The translations under genes were made by a program, and so were the position numbers. From an uncultured delta proteobacterium (GTDB lineage: Bacteria; Myxococcota; Myxococcia; Myxococcales; Myxococcaceae): 64,000 bases of DNA. The DNA lies in NCBI GenBank assembly GCA_963776345.1, contig CAVZMH010000017.1, positions 192,001 to 256,000 of the forward strand. The letters run 5' to 3'. Below, in pieces: positions 22,613 through 30,911 of this stretch (positions are counted from its first letter, which is position 1; every line of letters starts with the position of its first letter). The notes below the pieces were generated by a model. The model saw only the letters and a list, made by a program, of their open reading frames with translations. It did not search any database and was not told the origin of the DNA.

Positions 22613-25247
22613 CCCGGAGCCGCCCGGTCCGGCGCGCTGGCGGCGCGTGCAGGAGCTCTTCCACGCCGCGGCCGAGCTCCCGGTGGACGCGCAGCACGCG
22701 TTCCTCGAGGGCCGCTCGGGCGGCGACCCCGCGCTGGTGTCCGAGGTGGAGGCGCTGCTGCTCGAGGACCGGACCCCGGACTCGTTCCTGGATCGCCCGC
22801 TCCCGGAGGTCGCCGGTCAGCTGCTCGCGCCCGGCGCACCCGGGGGACGGGTGGGCCCCTACCGGGTGCTTCGCCTGCTGGGCGAGGGCGGGATGGGCGT
22901 CGTCTACCTCGTCGAGCGCGAGGACGTGGGCGGCCGCGCCGCGCTCAAGCTCCTCCGCGACGCCTGGGTCTCGCCGTCCCGCCGGGCGCGCTTCCTCGCC
23001 GAGCAGCGGACGCTCGCCCAGCTCGACCATCCCGGCATCGCCCAGCTCCACGACGCCGGGACGCTGCCCGACGGCACGCCCTGGTTCGCGATGGAGTACG
23101 TGGAGGGGGTCCTCCTCACCGAGCGCTGCCGGGTCGAGGGGAGCGGGCTCGCCGAGCGGCTCCGCCTGTTCCGCGCCGTCTGCGAGGCGGTGCAGCACGC
23201 GCACCGGCACGCCGTCATCCACCGCGACCTCAAGCCCTCCAACATCCTGGTGAAGGCCGATGGCGCGGTGAAGCTGCTCGACTTCGGCATCGCCAAGCAG
23301 CTCGATCCGACCGGCCCCGGCGCCGACCCGACGCGCACCGGCCTGCGCCTCATGACTCCGGCGTACGCCGCTCCGGAGCAGGTCACCGGCGGCCGGCTCG
23401 GAGTCGAGACTGACGTCTACGCCCTGGGGGTGCTCCTCTTCGAGCTGCTCTCGGGGCGGCTCCCCTTCGAGCTGTCCGGGCTCTCGCCACACGAGGCCGC
23501 GCGCCTGGTCCTGGAGCAGGAGCCGCCGCGCCCCTCGGAGATCGCCGATCGCCCGGTGCAGGCCGGCCGCGCGGCGTGGGCCGACCTGGACGTGCTCTGC
23601 CTCACCGCGATGCAGCGCGACCCGGCGCGGCGCTACCCGTCGGTGGAGGCGCTGATCCGGGATCTGGATCACCACCTCGCCGGCGAGCCGCTGGATGCGC
23701 GGCCCGATTCGCTGGCCTACCGCGTGGGGAAGCTGCTGAAGCGGAACGCCCGGACGGTGCTGGTCGCGTCGGGGGTGACGCTGACCGTGCTGGCGCTGAC
23801 CGTCTTCTCCGCGTTCCGCCTGGCGCGGGCGCGCGACGCGGTGGCGGCGGAGGCGTCCCGGACCCAGCGCATCCAGCAGTTCATGCTCCAGCTCCTGGAG
23901 GGGGGCACGGGCGAGGTCGGCCCGTCGGCCGACGTCCGGGTGGTGGACATCCTGGATCGCGGCGTCCGCGAGGCGCGGTCGCTCGAGGGGGAGCCGGCGG
24001 TGGAGGCCGAGCTGCTCCAGACGCTGGGCGGCATCGCCCAGAACCTCGGTCGGCTGGAGCAGGCCGAGGAGCTCCTCGACCGCGCACTCCACCTCCGGCG
24101 TGGGGTGTTCGGGCAGGACCATCCGGAGGTGGCCCGGTCGCTGGTGGCCAGCGGGCAGCTGGCCAGTGCCCGGGGGAAGTACGACCTCGCCGAAGAGCAG
24201 ATCGGCGCCGGGCTGAAGATGCTCCGCCGACATCGATCGAGCGAAGACCCCGAGGTGGCCCGCGCCCTCTCGGCGCTGGGGCGGGTTCACGAGAACGCCG
24301 GCAAGTACCCGGACGCCATCCGTGAGCTGGAGGAGGCGGTCCGGCTCCAGTCCCGCCGGCCCGACACGCTGGCCGATCTCTCGCAGAGCCTCACCGAGCT
24401 GGCCAACTGCTACTTCTACACCGCCCAGTACCCCCAGGCCGATGCGCTGAACCAGCGGGCGCTGGCCATCGATCGGCGTCTGTACGGGCCCCGGCATCCG
24501 CACGTGGCGGACGACCTCATCAACCTCGGCGCGGTCCAGTTCGAGGGAGGGCACTACGTCGAGGCCGAACGCTGGAATCGCGAGGCGCTGGAGATCATGC
24601 GCGGGTGGTACGGGCCGGACCACCCGGAGACCGCGTCGGCCGAGACCATCCTCGCGCGTTCGCTGGTGAAGCTCGCGCGGCGGGACGAGGCGCGGACGCT
24701 GCTCGTCGCCGCGCTCGCCACGCAGGAACGCGTGTACGGCCCGGTGCATCCGCGGGTGGCCTCGACCCTGAACGAGCTCGGGCTCATCGCCCGGGACCAG
24801 GGCCGGCTCGACGAGGCGTCGGCCGACTTCGGGCGCATGGCGGACATCTACGAGAAGGTCCACCACGGCAAGCACTACGTCATCGGCGTGGCGCTCTCGA
24901 ACCTCGCCGACGTCGAGCAGCGGCGGGGACGGTCGGAGCGAGCCCAGGAGCTGTTCCGGCGCGTCCTCGCCCTGTACCGGGAGGTGCTCCCCGAGGACCA
25001 CCCGTTGCAGGGCATCGCCCGCCTCCGCTTTGGCCACGTGCTGCTCGCCGCGGGCCGGCCAGTGGACGCCGAGGCCCAGAGCCGGGCCGGCTACGAGATC
25101 CTTCTCAAGCGGCCCGACCCGCCGGCCATCTGGATGACGATGGCGCGCCAGGATCTCGCCGCCGCGTACCGTGCGCTCGGCCGTCCAGCCGATGCGGACC
25201 GATTCCAGGCGGAGCTTACCGCGACGAACGCGGTGGGCCCTCGATAG
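22590..25247 (+). CDS. Hanks-type Ser/Thr kinase with TM helix and C-terminal TPR repeats
   Basis: LGEGGMGVVY, ALKLL, HRDLKPSN, DFGIAK, TPAYAAPE, a TM segment, and repeated G--HP--A TPRs. Overlaps the sigma gene by 23 nt. Confidence 0.96.
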   Translation: MSSASQADPEPPGPARWRRVQELFHAAAELPVDAQHAFLEGRSGGDPALVSEVEALLLEDRTPDSFLDRPLPEVAGQLLAPGAPGGRVGPYRVLRLLGEGGMGVVYLVEREDVGGRAALKLLRDAWVSPSRRARFLAEQRTLAQLDHPGIAQLHDAGTLPDGTPWFAMEYVEGVLLTERCRVEGSGLAERLRLFRAVCEAVQHAHRHAVIHRDLKPSNILVKADGAVKLLDFGIAKQLDPTGPGADPTRTGLRLMTPAYAAPEQVTGGRLGVETDVYALGVLLFELLSGRLPFELSGLSPHEAARLVLEQEPPRPSEIADRPVQAGRAAWADLDVLCLTAMQRDPARRYPSVEALIRDLDHHLAGEPLDARPDSLAYRVGKLLKRNARTVLVASGVTLTVLALTVFSAFRLARARDAVAAEASRTQRIQQFMLQLLEGGTGEVGPSADVRVVDILDRGVREARSLEGEPAVEAELLQTLGGIAQNLGRLEQAEELLDRALHLRRGVFGQDHPEVARSLVASGQLASARGKYDLAEEQIGAGLKMLRRHRSSEDPEVARALSALGRVHENAGKYPDAIRELEEAVRLQSRRPDTLADLSQSLTELANCYFYTAQYPQADALNQRALAIDRRLYGPRHPHVADDLINLGAVQFEGGHYVEAERWNREALEIMRGWYGPDHPETASAETILARSLVKLARRDEARTLLVAALATQERVYGPVHPRVASTLNELGLIARDQGRLDEASADFGRMADIYEKVHHGKHYVIGVALSNLADVEQRRGRSERAQELFRRVLALYREVLPEDHPLQGIARLRFGHVLLAAGRPVDAEAQSRAGYEILLKRPDPPAIWMTMARQDLAAAYRALGRPADADRFQAELTATNAVGPR

Positions 25248-25327
25248 CGCCGGCCCGGCGGCGGTGACGGTCCGGACCCCGTTCCTGCGCATGGGCAGCT
25301 GGAGCCGTCCCTCTCCCGGAGGAGCCC

Positions 25328-27094
25328 ATGCTCGACCCGTTCGCCCACCCGAGGCACCCAGGAGCGAGGCCAGTCCGCCTCCTCCTCGCCGCGGCCCTCG
25401 CCGGCGCCGCCTCTCTGGCCGGGTCCGCCCGGGCTGCCTCGAGCGCCGAGTGGCTCGCGTCGACCGAGGGGCCGAGCCCGATCGTCACCGCGAAGTCCGG
25501 GGTGGGGACTGCGCAGGCGACCGTCACGGCGAAGGTCACCTCGGACTCGCTCAAGACCTTCTGCGCGGACCAGAGCGGTCAGGGCGACCCGGCCCAGGCG
25601 AAGGCGGCCGTCAACGCCTGCGTGAAGCAGCAGAACCCCGAGCTGGGAAAGACGTACACCATCCAGGCCGACTGCACCGTGGGGCGGCTCACGCCGCTCG
25701 ACGGGAAGTCGTACGTGCTGGACGGCCTCTGGGACAACTCCGACATCGGCGGCGGCCGCACCCGGTGGAAGGGACCGGACGGGGTGGTGGTGGGACGGGA
25801 CAACGCCAGCGGCGGCCTGGCGCTGTCGCAGCAGTGGGAGGTTCTCTGCCCCGGCCGGGTGAGCGCCTCGGTGCTCTCCAAGGCCCGCGCGCTGGGAGGA
25901 TCGGCCGCGTCGGGTGGTGCCGCCGTCCAGGCCCAGACGGTCCCGGTGTGCGGTGGAGACCCGTCGTGCGCCGAGGTGAACGGGTTCGCGATGTCGGTCG
26001 TCGAGTTCCGGGCCAGCCTCCAGGGCTACTGGAAGGTGCTCACCACCACCCTCCGGTTCCGGAACAAGCTCGGCCGCCCGATGGTCCTCGGCTACGTCGT
26101 CGGCTCGGGCGGCGCCACGGACGACCGCGGCAACCGCTACGCGGTCAAGGACGCCGATGTGCGTGGCATCGGGCTCATCAGCGGGCGCTCCGACGACAAG
26201 TTCGCGATCGCCCCGGGCCAGACCGGGGACGCTCGGTTCACCCTGGTGTGGGCCGGGCAGGCGCTGTTCGGCAGCACCTTCGACCTCGACCTCACGGTCC
26301 GCGAGATCATCCCCGCGGGCAACGGCCAGACCACGCTGGGCCCCGAGTACCCGCTGCAGATCGTCGGCCTGACCGACGGCGCGCGGGCCGGCGCGTCCGC
26401 GGGGCAGGCCTCGGCCGGGTCCGGCGCGGCGGCGGTGCCCGCGACGGGCGACCAGGCCCCGCTCACCGCGTCGACCCCGGCTGCCGGAGCCCCGTCCGCG
26501 GCTCCCGCGTCGCAGCCGGCGTTGCCCGCTCCTGCCTTGGGCGCGCACTGCCCGGCGGGCACTGCCGGCTGCTACGACGCCGGGGCGTTCAGCGTCACCG
26601 TGACCCAGACCAGCGCGGCGGTGTCGGGCGGGAAGGACCAGCTGGTCCGCTTCGCCGTCCGGGTGAAGAACTACGGCGCCCAGCCCCTGGTGCTCGGCTA
26701 CAAGGCCGGGACGAACCGCGCCACCGACGAGCAGGGCAACGCCTACGGCTGGGGAAAGCCAGGCACCCACGACGGCAGCGTGCAGGGCATCGGCACGCTC
26801 GAGGGGAACCGGATCGACCCGCAGTTCCAGGTCGCGCCCGGGGGAACGCGCGACGCGATGCTCTCGGTCACCCGCTTCAACGCCGGCGCGGTCACCGCCC
26901 GCAGCTTCACCCTGGACACGGTGCTGGTCGAGCTCCGGGCGCTCCCCGGACAACAGTGGCAGCGGGTGCGCGAGTACGCCGTCCACCTTCCCAGCTCGGG
27001 CTCCGGTGCCGCGCCGGCGGTGGGACAGAACCCGGCCAACGACAGCGTCCAGAAGGCGGGCGAGCTGCTCAAGGGCCTGTTCGGGGGGAAGTGA
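25328..27094 (+). CDS. Secreted hypothetical protein: Cys-containing N-domain plus two repeated beta-rich domains
   Basis: RBS GGAGGAG, signal peptide, internal repeat (PMVLGY...ATDDRGNRY...VRGIG / PLVLGY...ATDEQGNAY...VQGIG) and an Ala/Pro linker. Confidence 0.85.
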   Translation: MLDPFAHPRHPGARPVRLLLAAALAGAASLAGSARAASSAEWLASTEGPSPIVTAKSGVGTAQATVTAKVTSDSLKTFCADQSGQGDPAQAKAAVNACVKQQNPELGKTYTIQADCTVGRLTPLDGKSYVLDGLWDNSDIGGGRTRWKGPDGVVVGRDNASGGLALSQQWEVLCPGRVSASVLSKARALGGSAASGGAAVQAQTVPVCGGDPSCAEVNGFAMSVVEFRASLQGYWKVLTTTLRFRNKLGRPMVLGYVVGSGGATDDRGNRYAVKDADVRGIGLISGRSDDKFAIAPGQTGDARFTLVWAGQALFGSTFDLDLTVREIIPAGNGQTTLGPEYPLQIVGLTDGARAGASAGQASAGSGAAAVPATGDQAPLTASTPAAGAPSAAPASQPALPAPALGAHCPAGTAGCYDAGAFSVTVTQTSAAVSGGKDQLVRFAVRVKNYGAQPLVLGYKAGTNRATDEQGNAYGWGKPGTHDGSVQGIGTLEGNRIDPQFQVAPGGTRDAMLSVTRFNAGAVTARSFTLDTVLVELRALPGQQWQRVREYAVHLPSSGSGAAPAVGQNPANDSVQKAGELLKGLFGGK

Positions 27095-27154
27095 CGCAGC
27101 GCTCCGGTGGCGGGTCGGGGAGGAGCGGCTCACCCCGTGCTATGCGTCGGGCGC

Positions 27155-28615
27155 ATGAGCCGGGCGTCGCGCGCCGCGGTCGTCGCCCTCCTGCTGGCGG
27201 GCCCGCCGGTGAGCGCGCAGACCGGCTCCTCGTCGAGCCCCCAGCGCGACGCCGCCCAGGAGGCGGTGCTCGAGCCGTTCAAGGGTGACTGGGAGGAGAT
27301 CAAGCAGCGCCGGATGCTCCGGGCGCTGGTGGTCTACAGCCGGACCCTCTACTTCGTGGACCGCGGGACGCAGCGAGGCGTGACCTACGAGGTGCTCAAG
27401 GCCTTCGAGGACGAGGTCAACGCTCGCCTCCGGACGCGGACGTTCCGGTTCCATGTGATGTTCGTCCCGGTGTCGCGCGACCAGCTCATCCCCGCGCTCC
27501 TGGACGGACGCGGCGACATCGCCGCCGCGAATCTCAGCGTCACCCCGGAGCGCCAGCAGCGGGTGGACTTCTCCACCCCCGTTCTCGACGACGTGAACGA
27601 GCTGGTGGTCACCGGCCCGTCCGGTCCGAGGCTCTCCCGCCTGGAGGACCTGGCCGGGCAGCCGGTGCATGTTCGCCGGTCCTCCAGCTACTGGGAGCAC
27701 CTGGAGGCGTTCAACCAGCGGCTGGTCGAGGAGGGCAAGCCGCCGGTGAAGCTGGTCGCCGCCTCGGAGGACCTGGAGGACGAGGATCTGCTGGAGATGG
27801 TGAGCGCCGGGCTGCTCCCCACCACGGTCTGCGACGACTACCAGGCCCGGTTCTGGAAGCAGTTCCTCGAGGCGCTGTCGTTCGACCCGGCGATCGCGGT
27901 GAGCACGGGCGGCACCGTCGCCTGGATGATGCGCCCGGGCAGCCCCCAGCTGAAGGCGGTGGTGGACTCCTTCATCCGCAGGCATCGCAAGGGCACCGCG
28001 TTCGGCAACGCGCTGGTCCGGAAGTACATGCGGAACTCCCGCTCGGTGCTCCCGGCGACGTCCGGGAAGGAGCTCCGGAAGTTCCAGCAGACGGTGGAGC
28101 TCTTCCGGAAGTACGGGAAGCGGTACGACGTCGACTACCTTCTGGTGATGGCCCAGGGGTACCAGGAGTCCCGGCTCGACCAGAGCATGCGGAGCCCGGC
28201 GGGGGCGGTGGGCGTCATGCAGCTCATGCCTGCGACCGCGGCGCAGATGAAGGTCGGGGACGTCCGGAAGCTGGAGCCGAACATCCACGCCGGCGTGAAG
28301 TACCTGCGCCACGTGGAGGACACCTACTTCGACGAGCCGGCGCTGGATCCGCTGGTGAAGGCGCTCTTCTCCTTCGCCTCGTACAACGCCGGTCCCGGTC
28401 GCATCCATTCGCTGCGCGGGGAGGCGGCGAGGCGAGGGCTCGACCCCGACCGCTGGTTCAAGAACGTGGAGGTCGTGGTGGCCGACCGGATCGGCCGGGA
28501 GACGGTCACCTACGTCTCCAACATCTTCAAGTACTACGTCGCCTACCAGCTGGTCGCGGAGGCGGAGCAGGACCGAGCGGCCGCTCGCCAGTCGCTGGAG
28601 CACGGCAGCCCCTGA
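27155..28615 (+). CDS. MltF-like lytic transglycosylase (SBP domain + SLT domain)
   Basis: GDIAAANLSVTPERQQRVDFS, AQGYQESRLDQ, GAVGVMQLMP, NIHAGVKY, SYNAGPG, ETVTYV. Confidence 0.92.
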   Translation: MSRASRAAVVALLLAGPPVSAQTGSSSSPQRDAAQEAVLEPFKGDWEEIKQRRMLRALVVYSRTLYFVDRGTQRGVTYEVLKAFEDEVNARLRTRTFRFHVMFVPVSRDQLIPALLDGRGDIAAANLSVTPERQQRVDFSTPVLDDVNELVVTGPSGPRLSRLEDLAGQPVHVRRSSSYWEHLEAFNQRLVEEGKPPVKLVAASEDLEDEDLLEMVSAGLLPTTVCDDYQARFWKQFLEALSFDPAIAVSTGGTVAWMMRPGSPQLKAVVDSFIRRHRKGTAFGNALVRKYMRNSRSVLPATSGKELRKFQQTVELFRKYGKRYDVDYLLVMAQGYQESRLDQSMRSPAGAVGVMQLMPATAAQMKVGDVRKLEPNIHAGVKYLRHVEDTYFDEPALDPLVKALFSFASYNAGPGRIHSLRGEAARRGLDPDRWFKNVEVVVADRIGRETVTYVSNIFKYYVAYQLVAEAEQDRAAARQSLEHGSP

Positions 28616-28622
28616 CGTCGGG

Positions 28623-28637
28623 GCGCAACCGGTGCGC
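28623..28637. promoter_or_regulatory. Palindromic upstream activator site GCGCA-N5-TGCGC (chaB operon)
   Basis: GCGCA-accgg-TGCGC lies 33 nt upstream of a sigma-54 motif. The same site recurs before polX. Confidence 0.65.
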
Positions 28638-28670
28638 TCTCCCGGCGCGGAGGTGCGGCGAGCGAACCCC

Positions 28671-28686
28671 TGGCGCGTGCGATGCA
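28671..28686 (+). promoter_or_regulatory. Putative sigma-54 promoter of chaB-archease-rtcB
   Basis: TGGCGC-gtgcg-ATGCA (GG-N10-GC), 36 nt before the chaB ATG. Confidence 0.65.
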
Positions 28687-28722
28687 TCCGGAACGCCTCG
28701 AACGAGCCAAGGGGGTGCGTCG

Positions 28723-28935
28723 ATGCCCTACGACACCAACGAGGCCCTGCCAGCGCCGGTGCAGGCCCACCTGCCGGCGCACGGGCAGGACATCTACCGC
28801 GTCGCCTTCAACCACGCGTGGGACCGGTACCGCGTCGATGCCATCGCCCACCGCGTCGCCTGGGCCGCGGTGAAGCGCCGCTACGTCAAGGCCAACGGAG
28901 ACTGGGTGGAGAAGCCCCGGGCCGAGCTGCGGTGA
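28723..28935 (+). CDS. chaB: ChaB family protein
   Basis: MPY....LP..V...LP.HGQDIY..AFN.AW..Y...AH.VAWAAVK..Y.K....W is the ChaB consensus. Confidence 0.92.
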   Translation: MPYDTNEALPAPVQAHLPAHGQDIYRVAFNHAWDRYRVDAIAHRVAWAAVKRRYVKANGDWVEKPRAELR

Positions 28936-28944
28936 CCTCGCCCC

Positions 28945-29364
28945 ATGCTGCGCTCCGCGCGTCACCGCTTCGCCGAGCACACCGGTGAGGTGCGGCTGGA
29001 GCTCGCCGCCCCCTCCTGCGAGGAGCTCTTCGCCGAGGCCGGGCACGCGCTGGCCGAGCTGATGCTGGGAGAGGTCCCCGACCCCGGCGCCTCCGCCCCG
29101 GCCCGGGCGGTGGAGGTGCATGCCCGGGACCGCGCAGCGCTCCTGGTCGGGTGGCTGAACGAGCTCATCTACCTCTCCGAGACCTCGAAGCAGGTCTTCA
29201 CCCGCTTCGACGTCGAGCGGGTGGACGAGACTGCGGTGTGGGCACGGGTGGCGGGCGTCGCCCCGGAGGTCCTGAGGACGGCGGTGAAGGCAGCCACGCT
29301 CCACGGGGTCTCCGTCGTGCGGAGCGCGGATGGGTGGCGGGCGTCGGTGGTGCTGGACGTGTGA
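28945..29364 (+). CDS. Archease
   Basis: EHTGEV, ELFAEAG, LLVGWLNELIY, VKAATLHG, C-terminal VVLDV. Immediately upstream of rtcB. Confidence 0.93.
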   Translation: MLRSARHRFAEHTGEVRLELAAPSCEELFAEAGHALAELMLGEVPDPGASAPARAVEVHARDRAALLVGWLNELIYLSETSKQVFTRFDVERVDETAVWARVAGVAPEVLRTAVKAATLHGVSVVRSADGWRASVVLDV

Positions 29365-29375
29365 AGGAGAGGCCG

Positions 29376-30809
29376 ATGGTCGGCGTCGCGACGCGCATCT
29401 CCGACGTGCTCTACGAGGTGCCGAAGAATGCCCGGCGGGGGATGCACGTCCCGGCGCGCATCGTCGCCGACGCCGAGCTGATGGCGCAGATCGAGCACGA
29501 CCGGAGCATCGAGCAGCTCCTCAACGTGGCCATGCTCCCCGGAATCTGGGGGCGGGTGGTCGGGATGCCCGACATGCACGAGGGGTACGGCTTCCCGGTG
29601 GGCGGCGTGGCGGCGACGCTGGCTCCGGACGGAGTCATCTCCCCGGGCGGCATCGGCTTCGACATCAACTGCGGCGTCCGGCTGCTGGCCTCGAGGCTGA
29701 CCCGCGCGGAGGTGTCTGGAGTCCTGGAAGACTTCGTCCACGAGCTGAGCCGGAGCATCCCCACCGGCTACGGACGGCACGGACGGCTCTCCCTCACCGA
29801 CGAGGAGCTGGACCGGGTGCTGGAGGGGGGCTGCGAGCACGTCATCGGAGCGCTGGGGCTCGGCGTCCCGGAGGACCTGGAGCGCATCGAGTCCCGGGGC
29901 CGCCTTCCCGGCGCCGACGCGCGCAAGGTGTCCCCCCGGGCCAAGGAACGGGGTCGAGACCAGCTGGGGACCCTCGGGGGAGGGAACCACTTCCTCGAGG
30001 TGCAGGAGGTGGAGACCGTCTTCGACGCCGAGGTGGCGAGCGCGCTCGGGCTCTTCGAGGGCCAGCTGACGGTGCTCATCCACACCGGCTCCCGCGGGCT
30101 CGGGCACCAGGTCTGTACCGACGCGGTGCGGACCATGGACGCCTCGCTCTCGAGCTACGGCATCACCCTGCCCGATCGCCAGCTGGCCTGCGCTCCGCTC
30201 TCCTCCCCGGAGGGCCAGGACTACTTCGGGGCGATGTGCGCCGCGGCCAACTTCGCCTGGGCCAACCGCCAGGTCCTCACCCACCGCGTCCGGACGGTGG
30301 CCGACCGCGTGCTCCCCCGGCGCGGCGAGCCCGGGCTGGAGGTCGTCTACGACGTGGCGCACAACATCGCCAAGCTCGAGGAGCACGGCGGACGCCGGCT
30401 GTGCATCCACCGCAAGGGCGCCACCCGGGCGTTCGGGCCGGGACACCCGGAGCTCCCCGCGCGCTACCGGGACGTCGGGCAGCCGGTGTTCATCCCCGGG
30501 AGCATGGGAACCCGGAGCTTCGTCCTGGTCGGGGCTCCGGCCGCGGAGGACATCTCGTTCGCCAGCTGCTGCCACGGCGCCGGACGTGCGCTGAGCCGCC
30601 ACGCGGCGAAGAGACAGGTGGAGGGCCACGTCCTCCGCAAGGAGCTGGAGGCGCAGGGCATCGTCGTCCGCTGCCCGTCGAATGCCGAGCTCGCCGAGGA
30701 GGCGCCGGTGGCCTACAAGGACGTCTCGCGCGTGGTCGACGTCGTGGTCCGGGCGGGCATCGCGCGCAAGGTTGCGCGGCTCCGTCCCTGGGGCGTGCTC
30801 AAGGGTTGA
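29376..30809 (+). CDS. rtcB: RNA 3'-phosphate ligase RtcB (archease-associated type)
   Basis: MPDMHEGYGFPVGG, GFDINCG, GGGNHF, IHTGSRG, AHN, HRKGAT, PGSMG, SCCHGAGR (guanylylated His), EEAP.AYK are all intact. Confidence 0.97.
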   Translation: MVGVATRISDVLYEVPKNARRGMHVPARIVADAELMAQIEHDRSIEQLLNVAMLPGIWGRVVGMPDMHEGYGFPVGGVAATLAPDGVISPGGIGFDINCGVRLLASRLTRAEVSGVLEDFVHELSRSIPTGYGRHGRLSLTDEELDRVLEGGCEHVIGALGLGVPEDLERIESRGRLPGADARKVSPRAKERGRDQLGTLGGGNHFLEVQEVETVFDAEVASALGLFEGQLTVLIHTGSRGLGHQVCTDAVRTMDASLSSYGITLPDRQLACAPLSSPEGQDYFGAMCAAANFAWANRQVLTHRVRTVADRVLPRRGEPGLEVVYDVAHNIAKLEEHGGRRLCIHRKGATRAFGPGHPELPARYRDVGQPVFIPGSMGTRSFVLVGAPAAEDISFASCCHGAGRALSRHAAKRQVEGHVLRKELEAQGIVVRCPSNAELAEEAPVAYKDVSRVVDVVVRAGIARKVARLRPWGVLKG

Positions 30810-30820
30810 GGAGCGCCCTC

Positions 30821-30835
30821 GCGCAGAATCTGCGC
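30821..30835. promoter_or_regulatory. Palindromic upstream activator site GCGCA-N5-TGCGC (polX)
   Basis: GCGCA-gaatc-TGCGC lies 43 nt upstream of a sigma-54 motif. Confidence 0.65.
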
Positions 30836-30878
30836 CTCACGCCGGGCGGGCTCCCGTCATCTCCCGGGTCATCCGGCG

Positions 30879-30894
30879 TGGTGCCTCGATTGCA
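30879..30894 (+). promoter_or_regulatory. Putative sigma-54 promoter of polX
   Basis: TGGTGC-ctcga-TTGCA. It is very close to the RBS/ATG (30912), which is a caveat. Confidence 0.55.
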
Positions 30895-30911
30895 GGAAGG
30901 AGGCGCGCCCA

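Noticed and set aside
22275..25292. Very long antisense/alternate-frame ORFs (also 19618-22065, 25171-27288, 29330-31864, and the N-terminal part of 59116-62472)
   Set aside because: These are shadow ORFs typical of high-GC DNA: Arg/Pro/Gly-rich or mirrored codon patterns overlapping well-supported genes.
28616..30911. tRNA or Y RNA next to rtcB
   Set aside because: The flanking gaps are only about 100 nt and are accounted for by promoter elements. No cloverleaf or T-loop signature is present.
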